The notes beneath the pieces are model-generated. The model was not told the origin of the DNA. It did not search any database and worked only from the letters and a program-made list of their open reading frames with translations. From an archaeon (GTDB lineage Archaea; Nanobdellota; Nanobdellia; Woesearchaeales; SM23-78), in contig JAZDMG010000028.1 of the NCBI GenBank assembly GCA_043801165.1, positions 10,988 through 74,987 of the forward strand: DNA of 64,000 nt, in the 5' to 3' direction. Position numbers and translations under genes: made by a program. This document shows positions 49,685 to 57,645 of the stretch, piece after piece (position 1 is the stretch's first letter; every line of letters begins with the position of its first letter).

Positions 49685-49758
49685 GGGGCTGTAGTGTAGC
49701 TTGGCTATCACTGGCGCTTGGGGTGTGTCCAACCGGAGTTCAAATCTTCGCAGCCCCA
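49685..49758 (+). tRNA. tRNA-Pro(GGG)
   Basis: ggggctg/cagcccc acceptor, ggcgc-tt-GGG-gt-gtgtc anticodon arm, cggag-ttcaaat-cttcg T arm. Confidence 0.93.
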
Positions 49759-49926
49759 CTTAATCTTTTTGCCAAGGCAAAAACATTAATGAAAAAACTA
49801 GTGCAGGACTTTCGCCTATCGGCGAAGTCCTGCTCCTCATGTGCTACCGAGCAGCAGACTGCGAGTGTAGTGCCTTTCCCTCAAGGCTTTCATAAAGGCT
49901 TGGTTTACATCTTCGCAGCCCCACTT
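49744..49926 (+). repeat. 18-bp duplication of the tRNA-Pro 3' end enclosing a hairpin chain
   Basis: atcttcgcagccccactt at 49744-49761 and 49909-49926; hairpins at 49766-49783 and 49803-49833. Confidence 0.9.
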
Positions 49927-49980
49927 TTTTCTCATTTTGTTCAGATAGATTTAAGAATGATAACTACCTCCCGATAGTGA

Positions 49981-50694
49981 ATGATGATAAGGATGATGAT
50001 TGAATCTGGAAAGAGCAAATACTGCTCGTTGACAGACAAGATATACGAAGCTATGCGAGAGAACAAGCCATACCGGGACCGACAGTTCGAAGAACTGATC
50101 AGCCACCCAATAGGTTACGTCAAGGCAGTATACAATGACCTGAAGACAGACCCTAAAGTAAATAGAGATATCGCGTCAGTATTGGCGGTGCTGCCAATCA
50201 CCACTCCGCTCTATGCAAAGATCGAAACATCATACGGGCACTCATCAGTATTAGTATCTATGAAATCAAGGGCCATATCTGCGGCCATTTTATACGCAAT
50301 GATATCCTTAGGCATGGAAGGAAGAGAGCGGGAGCATAAAAAATACAACATCACAAATGAATCTTCAAAAATTAGGAGAACAGTGGTGGATATAGGTTAT
50401 ATCGTGAAAGTCTTGTTTCCCATAAGGATCGCAACATACATCGTAGCAGGTGAGACCAACCCGAAAAAGATAATTCTGAACTCCCTTATGATAACAGGGA
50501 TCGGGTGCTTAGCAGGGCCGCCCCTATTGCGAGTGATAGATTGTTTCAAGGATCTTGTCGGGGTTGATGATACAGGGACTCTGCCCGCTAGAATAAAACA
50601 AAGATCAAAGCGATTCAAAAGAAACCTGACCCTGGCCTACATGGCAGCAGGACTGGCAGCAACAACCATAGTCTACGCCATGGCAACAAAATAA
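49981..50694 (+). CDS. Hypothetical membrane protein
   Basis: Several hydrophobic segments. Confidence 0.7.
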   Translation: MMIRMMIESGKSKYCSLTDKIYEAMRENKPYRDRQFEELISHPIGYVKAVYNDLKTDPKVNRDIASVLAVLPITTPLYAKIETSYGHSSVLVSMKSRAISAAILYAMISLGMEGREREHKKYNITNESSKIRRTVVDIGYIVKVLFPIRIATYIVAGETNPKKIILNSLMITGIGCLAGPPLLRVIDCFKDLVGVDDTGTLPARIKQRSKRFKRNLTLAYMAAGLAATTIVYAMATK

Positions 50695-50835
50695 AGCCCT
50701 CGCAGGCCTCCAACCTAATATTCTAAGCTTCCAAAGCCAATAGGAGCACCACTGCCAAATAGAAAGGTATTTAAAGAAGGAATCTCATGGAGGTATCTAG
50801 GTTAGTTAAACGTTGGTTAAGGAGGATAGGAGAGC

Positions 50836-52290
50836 ATGGTCAACAATAGGAAATTAGTTCCGTTAATCGCCATCTTAACTATTTTTGTTGTTCTATCAAT
50901 GGCTTCAGTGTCTGCCTTCAGCTATTTCGTCTACGTGACCAACAACACAATCACCAAAGACGAATCAGCCACCTTCAACATTCTGGTCAAAAACACTTTA
51001 GACCAGCAGGATTATTTCACAATAAGCACAAGGGACGTCAACTGGGTGGCGACCACCACTCCTTCATCAAGCAAGATAGGCCCCAATCAAGAGGTGGAGT
51101 TCCTGCTTGAGCTTAAGCCAAAGCAGCATGTAAGTGAAGGAAAGACATACTTTGTCCCCATAAGAATTAAATCTGAGATAACCGGATTCTTCTATGAAGA
51201 ACGCGAGAAGTTCGCGGTCTATGTTGTCTCACCAAACCTCAAATCAGGAATCTACACCCCGACAATCACTCCTTCTGTCGTGATAGCGAAGACAGTAGAC
51301 CCGAGAGAGAAACTATCTGTTAAAGTCAACCTATGGAATAGGAATCCAAGAGAGCTCAAGGGATTGCACATCACGATAAACGGCCAGGAATTCAGCCAGT
51401 CATACACGACTGACCTGCTGCCGCTAGAGGACAAGACCAACGAGATACTATTCGGCGTCAGCCCATTCCTTGCACCAGGCAAGAGAACGCTCGTATTGAC
51501 TGTGCGATTTGAAAATAAGACCATAGCCGAATCAACAACAGAATACGAAATACTAGGCTATGTTGAGATGAAAGAGACCGCAAAAAAAGAGAATTCTATT
51601 TTCAGATCAGTAGAGACCTTTAGCATATATAACAACGGGAACCTCGAGGGTGTCGCTGAGCACAAGATCAGCATGAACCTATTCCAAAGGCTTTTCACCA
51701 AGGTAACACCTGATGCAAGAAAGGAGAAGGGAGACGACGGCAAATCCTACTATGTGGTCAGGGAAAACCTTGCTACACAGAAATACCTAAACATCAAGAT
51801 GGTCACAGACCATAGGCTGTTGGTCACAATAATCCTGCTGATAATCATAAGCACAGCACTCTACTTTGTATTCAGAAGCCCAATAATCGTGGTTAAGAAC
51901 GCAGAGCCCCTGGGAAGGACAACAGACGGCCTAAGCGAGATAAAGGTAAGGCTTTACCTGAAGAACAGGTCAAAGAAGTCTATAAACCACATAAGGATAA
52001 CTGACAGCATACCAAGCATCGTGGACATAGAGAAGAACAAACACATCGGCTCGATGGACCCGGTCAACATAAGCAAAAGCAGGAATGGAACGCTGGTGCG
52101 ATGGGAATTCGACGCACTCGAAGCATATGAGGAGAGGATAATAGCGTATACCATAAAGTCAAAGCTGAAGCTTGTTGGCGGGATAAGATTACCTAGTGCC
52201 AGGGCTAGATTTGACACCAAAAAAGGTAATGAGCGGGTGACCCACTCAAACAACATCAATCTCATACATAATGAACCGCCTGTCGAGTGA
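50836..52290 (+). CDS. Membrane-anchored surface protein with Ig-like domains
   Basis: Signal peptide, beta-rich domains, TM, C-terminal beta domain; RBS aaggagg. Confidence 0.8.
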   Translation: MVNNRKLVPLIAILTIFVVLSMASVSAFSYFVYVTNNTITKDESATFNILVKNTLDQQDYFTISTRDVNWVATTTPSSSKIGPNQEVEFLLELKPKQHVSEGKTYFVPIRIKSEITGFFYEEREKFAVYVVSPNLKSGIYTPTITPSVVIAKTVDPREKLSVKVNLWNRNPRELKGLHITINGQEFSQSYTTDLLPLEDKTNEILFGVSPFLAPGKRTLVLTVRFENKTIAESTTEYEILGYVEMKETAKKENSIFRSVETFSIYNNGNLEGVAEHKISMNLFQRLFTKVTPDARKEKGDDGKSYYVVRENLATQKYLNIKMVTDHRLLVTIILLIIISTALYFVFRSPIIVVKNAEPLGRTTDGLSEIKVRLYLKNRSKKSINHIRITDSIPSIVDIEKNKHIGSMDPVNISKSRNGTLVRWEFDALEAYEERIIAYTIKSKLKLVGGIRLPSARARFDTKKGNERVTHSNNINLIHNEPPVE

Positions 52291-52371
52291 ACATTTCTTT
52301 ATTTTTTTATTAGCCCCTTATTTTAAAACCAAAATTTTATAAACTCCTAACTTTTTCAGCAGAGTAGACCA

Positions 52372-52494
52372 CCCCGCCTAGCTCAACGGCAGAGCGTTCG
52401 GCTGTAGATGTTGCTGGACAGACCCGTAGCGGTCATGGATGAAAAGCAACCAGCCGAGCCCGAAAGGTTCCTGGTTCAAATCCGGGGGCGGGGA
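52372..52494 (+). tRNA. tRNA-Tyr(GTA) with ~51-nt anticodon-loop intron (about 52408-52458)
   Basis: ccccgcc/ggcgggg acceptor, gctc/gagc D stem, ttcgg-ct-GTA...ccgaa, cctgg-ttcaaat-ccggg; exact splice points uncertain. Confidence 0.88.
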
Positions 52495-52524
52495 TTCGAA
52501 TTATTTAAGGTATGGAGGAGAAAT

Positions 52525-53058
52525 ATGCCAAAAACAAAGGAAAAAACAACCAAGACAAAGGATTCGAAAGCAGAAGAAAAGGTAAAAAAAGGGGATTCTG
52601 TAAAAGTTCACTATACAGGAACATTTGATGATGGAACAGTCTTTGACAGCTCTGAGAAGAGAGGAGAGCCGCTTGCTTTCCAGGTAGGATCAAAGCAGCT
52701 GATAAAAGGGTTCGATGATGCGATGATCGGGATGAAGAAAGGGGATGAGAAGAAGGTAAAGCTAAACTCCTCTGAGGCCTACGGCGATCCCAATCCTGAG
52801 CTGATAAAGAAGGTCCCGCGTGAGAGGCTTCCGCCAGAACCAGAGCCACAGATAGGCATGATGCTGGTTCTTAGCTCACCGCAAGGAATGCAGCTTCCGG
52901 CCAAGATAATCGCTGTTGATGAGAAAGAGATCACGATTGACCTCAACCATCCGCTGGCAGGAAAGACCTTGAATTTCACCATAAAACTGGTAGAAATAAG
53001 CAAGGATGCTCCGTCCTGCTGCGGACATGATCATGGCGATTGCCACGACTGCCATTAA
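52525..53058 (+). CDS. slyD: FKBP-type peptidyl-prolyl isomerase (SlyD-like)
   Basis: VHYTG...G.VFDSS, IKGF, AYG, DLNHPLAGK; His/Cys-rich tail; ATG 52525 after ggagg. Confidence 0.93.
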   Translation: MPKTKEKTTKTKDSKAEEKVKKGDSVKVHYTGTFDDGTVFDSSEKRGEPLAFQVGSKQLIKGFDDAMIGMKKGDEKKVKLNSSEAYGDPNPELIKKVPRERLPPEPEPQIGMMLVLSSPQGMQLPAKIIAVDEKEITIDLNHPLAGKTLNFTIKLVEISKDAPSCCGHDHGDCHDCH

Positions 53059-53077
53059 GAACAATCTTTTTATTTTT

Positions 53078-53704
53078 TTAATGCATTTTTTCAATCCGCC
53101 ATAGGCCTACGCGGATATGCTCTATGCGCTGCTTATGGTGGGGCATGCTCTTCTTCAGGGGAAAATTATACTCCCTGTAATGGGTCTTCCTGAAACCATT
53201 ACCATCAACCAGGCGATCAATAAACAGCTTGGTGCTGGCCTTATGGAATGAGTATATGATTGGCGCGATACCCATCGCTTTCATGAGGAATACTGAATCC
53301 GCGTTTTCCTTCTTTGTGCCAAAAGGAGGATTCATGAAAACAACATCAGCGGGGCTATCAAAAGAGGATATGTCCGAATTGACAAATACGACATTGAGAT
53401 TACGCCCAATCTCATTTTCTAGATGCCTTTTGTTTGCTTTGGCGAGCTCCAGCGCTTTAGGGTCAATATCAACCAGATAAGCCTTCTTGGCACCCAAAAC
53501 AAGAGCTCCCAGCCCAAGGATGCCTGTGCCAGCGCCCAAATCAGCCACTACCTTGCCATCAAGATCACCAAGCATATTAGCAAACCATAACGCGTCTCCG
53601 GCTACCTCAGAATCAGTCGGATACTGCTCCAGAAGCATGTCTGGACTCTCAAAAGACTGCAGTCTTGATAATAAAACACTAATCTCCTTCTTGGACATAG
53701 GCAA
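53078..53704 (-). CDS. METTL5-family N6-adenine RNA methyltransferase
   Basis: LEQY.T, DLGAGTG, NPPFG motifs. Confidence 0.9.
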   Translation of the reverse strand: MPMSKKEISVLLSRLQSFESPDMLLEQYPTDSEVAGDALWFANMLGDLDGKVVADLGAGTGILGLGALVLGAKKAYLVDIDPKALELAKANKRHLENEIGRNLNVVFVNSDISSFDSPADVVFMNPPFGTKKENADSVFLMKAMGIAPIIYSFHKASTKLFIDRLVDGNGFRKTHYREYNFPLKKSMPHHKQRIEHIRVGLWRIEKMH

Positions 53705-53768
53705 TAGGTATGTGCGGCCATTAAAAAATGTTATGATAGGGACGAGACCAAAACAAAAAGCTTTTTAA

Positions 53769-54335
53769 ATGAATCCCCACTCAAGCCATCCTGCGACTGG
53801 GGTGAATAATATATTCAATTTTTTAGGCAACACCAAGGACAAAGAGAGCGCAAAGCTTGTGGATAACATAAAAAAGGCGTTCAAGGCAGTGAAAACAGAG
53901 CTCGATGACCATCTGGAAGCTGTCAACCAGAACACCGATGATATCCAAGAGGTTCACAGCATACTCACCGAGCTAGATGCCAAGATTAATAAGCTTTCTG
54001 AAAGGATTGATGAACTGGGGTGCATCATCGCACCAAAAAAGCCCAAGAAGCTTGACGTGAAGCTGACCCCAAGGGAACAAGAGGTTTTCATGGCTTTATA
54101 TGTGGGGAAAGGCCTAACGCTAACCGGTATGGGAAAGCAGCTTAGCTTCACCACTGACATGATCAACATGTATCTCTTCAACCTGATATCCAAAGGAATA
54201 CCAATCCAGAAAGAGCTTGTTGATGATGTATTGGTTTTTAGCCTTGATTCTGAATTCAAAGAGCTCCAGGCCCGCCGCAATGTGCTGGAAATCGATCCGC
54301 GTATCGCCAAGCAGATGGCCTCCCAGGACATCTGA
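53769..54335 (+). CDS. Coiled-coil plus winged-HTH DNA-binding protein
   Basis: Heptad coiled coil, then LTPREQEVF...L..KGIPI.K. Confidence 0.7.
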   Translation: MNPHSSHPATGVNNIFNFLGNTKDKESAKLVDNIKKAFKAVKTELDDHLEAVNQNTDDIQEVHSILTELDAKINKLSERIDELGCIIAPKKPKKLDVKLTPREQEVFMALYVGKGLTLTGMGKQLSFTTDMINMYLFNLISKGIPIQKELVDDVLVFSLDSEFKELQARRNVLEIDPRIAKQMASQDI

Positions 54336-54571
54336 GAAAAACGAGCTGAAAAAAACACTTGTTTTTGATTAACGATTCACCATAGAATTGCTTAAAAGTT
54401 TTAGAATTACTATAATCTATATTTTATAGATACTCAAAAAGAAACGATTTTTGATTAAATAATTTAGTATTGTAAAAGCAATACATTGTTTACACAATAA
54501 TAAAACATGATATCTTTGATTAAATGTTTTAGACATCAAATAGTATAAGAATAAACTAAAAGTTTTAGAAT

Positions 54572-54599
54572 GATTGAATTAAGATAGATTATGCGTGAT
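54572..54599 (-). other. Candidate dif-like Xer recombination site
   Basis: ATCACGCATAA-TCTATC-TTAATTCAATC (11-6-11, TAA-N6-TTA core) 20 bp from the xerA stop. Confidence 0.5.
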
Positions 54600-54619
54600 G
54601 ATTTTATTGACGAGAAAAA

Positions 54620-55453
54620 TCACAACAGATCAAGCGGGCTGACAACCCCTTTAATGTTCTCCTTTGATACGCGGGTGTATATCTGGGTGGTCTGAAGGTT
54701 AGAATGGCCCAGTAATTCCTGGATGACTCTTATGCTGACGCCTGCTTCAAGAAGGTGCGTCGCAAAACTGTGCCTGAGCTTGTGCGGAGTTACCCTCTTC
54801 TTTATGCCTGCTCTCTTGCCGGCGGCAGAGACAATCTTCTGGACATTCCGTGCAGATAGGGCCCTGCCCTGCTTATTGCTAAAAATCAGCCCGGATGATA
54901 TCTTCTCCTTGGAAGAATATCTCTTAAACGATTCAATCAGCTCCTTAGATAACAAGGTTATCCTGTCTTTTTTTCCCTTTCCTTGGCGGACAATGCACAG
55001 GTTTTCACCAAAATCAATATCCTCAGTCTTAAGATTAATGCACTCGCTGATCCTAAGCCCTGCAGAATACATGAATTCAATTAAAAGACGGCTCTTAGGG
55101 TTGAGACAAGCGTCAAGAAGGGCTTTGATCTCTGGCTTTGACAGGACTGGAGGGAATTTGCGATGTATCTTCGGAGTTTTAATCGCGGAAAAGCCTCTCC
55201 TAAGGATCTGGTTATAGAAAAAAAGGAGAGATGACCTGACCAATGCCACCGAACTTGGAGATAGCTTCCTATCGGCGATTAGATAGGCCAGATAACTCTT
55301 TATATCATCTTCATCAACCAAGGCAGATTCTTTCTTTATATAGACAAGAAAACGAGCGTTATGGCTCATATAAGCCTTTACAGTCTCCTGGCTGAACCCT
55401 CGTATCTTCAGTTCAGTCTCTAGCTTCTTCAGCTCGCTTTCAGGCATATCCAT
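54620..55453 (-). CDS. xerA: Site-specific tyrosine recombinase XerA-like
   Basis: SAM-like N domain; GLRISE, GKGKKDR, HKLRHSFATH, LGHS, TTQIYT. Confidence 0.88.
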   Translation of the reverse strand: MDMPESELKKLETELKIRGFSQETVKAYMSHNARFLVYIKKESALVDEDDIKSYLAYLIADRKLSPSSVALVRSSLLFFYNQILRRGFSAIKTPKIHRKFPPVLSKPEIKALLDACLNPKSRLLIEFMYSAGLRISECINLKTEDIDFGENLCIVRQGKGKKDRITLLSKELIESFKRYSSKEKISSGLIFSNKQGRALSARNVQKIVSAAGKRAGIKKRVTPHKLRHSFATHLLEAGVSIRVIQELLGHSNLQTTQIYTRVSKENIKGVVSPLDLL

Positions 55454-55456
55454 TAC

Positions 55457-55708
55457 CTAGAAAATCCTCCTTGAATGCCACCGGATCTTCCAGAGCCTAT
55501 AGGCTGTGGCCCAGAGTATGAATCCTGCTGCCACAAGAATCACGTTCGCTATTATCTGGGGAATCTTAACATTCCAAGCTATTACTCCGAACTCAGAGAG
55601 CAAGTTGTACCCTCCCAGGACAATTGCCAGTAATCCCACAAAAAACTCTTTTGTTATCACACCACTGCTTTCACGGTTATCGTGATGCCCTTCCTGTTGT
55701 TTTGTCAT
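55457..55708 (-). CDS. Small 2-TM protein
   Basis: G...L..FGVI pattern shared with 60585-61013; RBS gaggtgg. Confidence 0.7.
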   Translation of the reverse strand: MTKQQEGHHDNRESSGVITKEFFVGLLAIVLGGYNLLSEFGVIAWNVKIPQIIANVILVAAGFILWATAYRLWKIRWHSRRIF

Positions 55709-55854
55709 TATTCCACCTCAAAGGCTTTTTTGCTGTTTTGGTCAGCTAAAACGCTGACTTTTGCATAAAATTCACTCACAAGCTTCGCATAATAGTCATT
55801 ATACGAACCCTATTATTTAAACTTTTTGGACACTTACATCGATTACTGGAATGG

Positions 55855-56496
55855 TCAATACCTATTGAACCAATGGCTCACACCATCTCCCAGGAGGTTC
55901 TTGAAAGATAACGATCTTACAACCTTGCCATCACCAGAGCCAGCATATGCCCCTGCCCTGCTCAGCTCCTCCTCCTCGCTTAGTTCTGTATTAAGCTCCT
56001 CTTGGCAGCTTTCATGGACCTGGGCGAGTTTTGCATAGAGCACTTGGCTGAGCTTGCAGAAGCCTGCAGCCTCGTTGTACAGCTCATTAAGCTCTGCCAT
56101 AAGATCCCTTAGCTGGTGAAGCTGAGCTTGCGAAAGATGTATCTTCTCCTGGCTTTTCCTATGCACCGACTGCATCAGGCGATCAATATCCTCATATCGT
56201 TTCTCCCTCAACAGGGCCTTTATGTCTTCTATGAGACCCAACATGCTAGATTCCGTCTTCCTTCTCTGCCTGAGGGTCTCCAGCATAATTTTATCGGCCT
56301 TCTTCATCACCTTGAAGAACCGCTTCATCTGTTCTGCCTGCGAGAGGGCTTTTTCAAGCTGGGTAGAGGTGGTTATTATGTTTTCCTGCTGGGACTGTAT
56401 GAAGTCAAGCTCGTCACTGATATATTTGGAAGTAAGATTAAACGCTTCGGGCTCTTCTACCGGTTCAGTTTCCTGTGTTTTTACGAATTGTACCAT
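55855..56496 (-). CDS. Coiled-coil hypothetical protein
   Basis: Long heptad-rich helical sequence. Confidence 0.7.
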   Translation of the reverse strand: MVQFVKTQETEPVEEPEAFNLTSKYISDELDFIQSQQENIITTSTQLEKALSQAEQMKRFFKVMKKADKIMLETLRQRRKTESSMLGLIEDIKALLREKRYEDIDRLMQSVHRKSQEKIHLSQAQLHQLRDLMAELNELYNEAAGFCKLSQVLYAKLAQVHESCQEELNTELSEEEELSRAGAYAGSGDGKVVRSLSFKNLLGDGVSHWFNRY

Positions 56497-56537
56497 ATTC
56501 TAAAGGTTTTAAGCAAAAATTACAACTTTTAACATAA

Positions 56538-56918
56538 TTACTGTTTCTTTTTCTGTCTCCCGCGCACCAGGGTTGACCTTTCCACTGGCAGGCGCGGGAT
56601 CCTGTCCTTCAGGCCGTAAAAGTAATTTCCAAATAAAGCATACATGTTTTCAATCTCTGATTTCCCTTCCCTTGTCAGCACGTACATCTTCTTCCGCCCA
56701 TCCCTCTTGTAAGAGATCAGCTTCCTCTTTCGCAATCGCTTAAGCGCAGGATAGATGGTCCCGGGCGTCAAAGAGTTGCCTTTCCGTCTACCCATCCTCT
56801 TTGAAAGCTCGTCGCCACAGAGGCTGCTGAGGTTCAGCTCATGGAGGATCAGAAACGACAGAAAACCCTTGAGCTCCATCCTTTCTCCGTCGGGAATACC
56901 TTTAATCAGCTTAGGCAT
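56538..56918 (-). CDS. PadR-family transcriptional regulator
   Basis: KGFL..LIL..L, PGTIYPALKRL, RKK.Y.LT.EG. Confidence 0.92.
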   Translation of the reverse strand: MPKLIKGIPDGERMELKGFLSFLILHELNLSSLCGDELSKRMGRRKGNSLTPGTIYPALKRLRKRKLISYKRDGRKKMYVLTREGKSEIENMYALFGNYFYGLKDRIPRLPVERSTLVRGRQKKKQ

Positions 56919-56960
56919 GGATTATCACTGTCGAAACTGATTTATATACTTATTGGTGAT

Positions 56961-57056
56961 AAGATATATATTCTAAACAATATATAATTTATACAATATG
57001 TTGTTTGTACTATTAATAATATAAGCAATATATTGTTTGAACAATATAATGAAAAT
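56961..57056. repeat. Degenerate 16-bp-period tandem array (consensus about ACAATATATTGTTTNN)
   Basis: Units start at 56977, 56993, 57009, 57025, 57041 (weaker one at 56961). Confidence 0.7.
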
Positions 57057-57645
57057 TTTGGTTTCAATCAATTGCGAATTTTTGATCCAAAAATCAAAGA
57101 AACCGATGGATTCGCAGGGGTAAAAAAAAAAAGCAGACCAGCAAAGGAAAATTGAAAGACCGGATCAAGCACAAATTGCCAAAAAAACCACGAGATTAGA
57201 AGAAAATGAGCACAGGAACATCGAGAGCGGGAATTTGTAGGCAGGAGCGCAAAAAAGACCCTTCGGAAACCTTCAAAGACCAAAAAAAGAAGAAAAGGCT
57301 TTACGCCTTTGATGAAGACAAAAGCCTAAAGGCAAAAGTGATCCTGACATCAGATAGAACCGCCTTTTTGCACAAAAAAAAGAAAAAACCACGAGATTCG
57401 TGGAAAACCTGAGAACAGCATCAACTTGACTGACAATACAAGCAATCATGGCAGGCGAGGCCAAGAACAGGATTTTACAAAGAAGAGCTGCAGGAGCCCT
57501 AACAAGAAGGCCGATCGACAGCATCCGAGCCTGGGAAATCAAAAGATTTCATAAAAACCATCAGGTCAAGAGGATATCGATGGATGATACTGGATGTGTT
57601 TTTTAGAAAGATTTATATATCTCAACTTCAAGGGAGGAATTAAGG

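Larger units (their letters stand above)
41206..49695. mobile_element. ~8.5 kb integrative element in the 5' end of tRNA-Pro(GGG)
   Basis: 12-bp direct repeat tggggctgtagt at 41206-41217 and 49684-49695; tyrosine integrase next to the left end; largely AT-rich cargo. Confidence 0.88.

Noticed and set aside
41206..49695. Provirus
   Set aside because: No recognisable capsid, terminase large subunit, packaging ATPase or replication gene.
52408..52524. N-terminal extension of SlyD
   Set aside because: It lies within tRNA-Tyr and its intron; the RBS supports ATG 52525.
54620..55453. Integron integrase or second integrated element
   Set aside because: No IntI-specific insertion, attC cassettes or flanking att repeats seen; best fit is chromosomal XerA.
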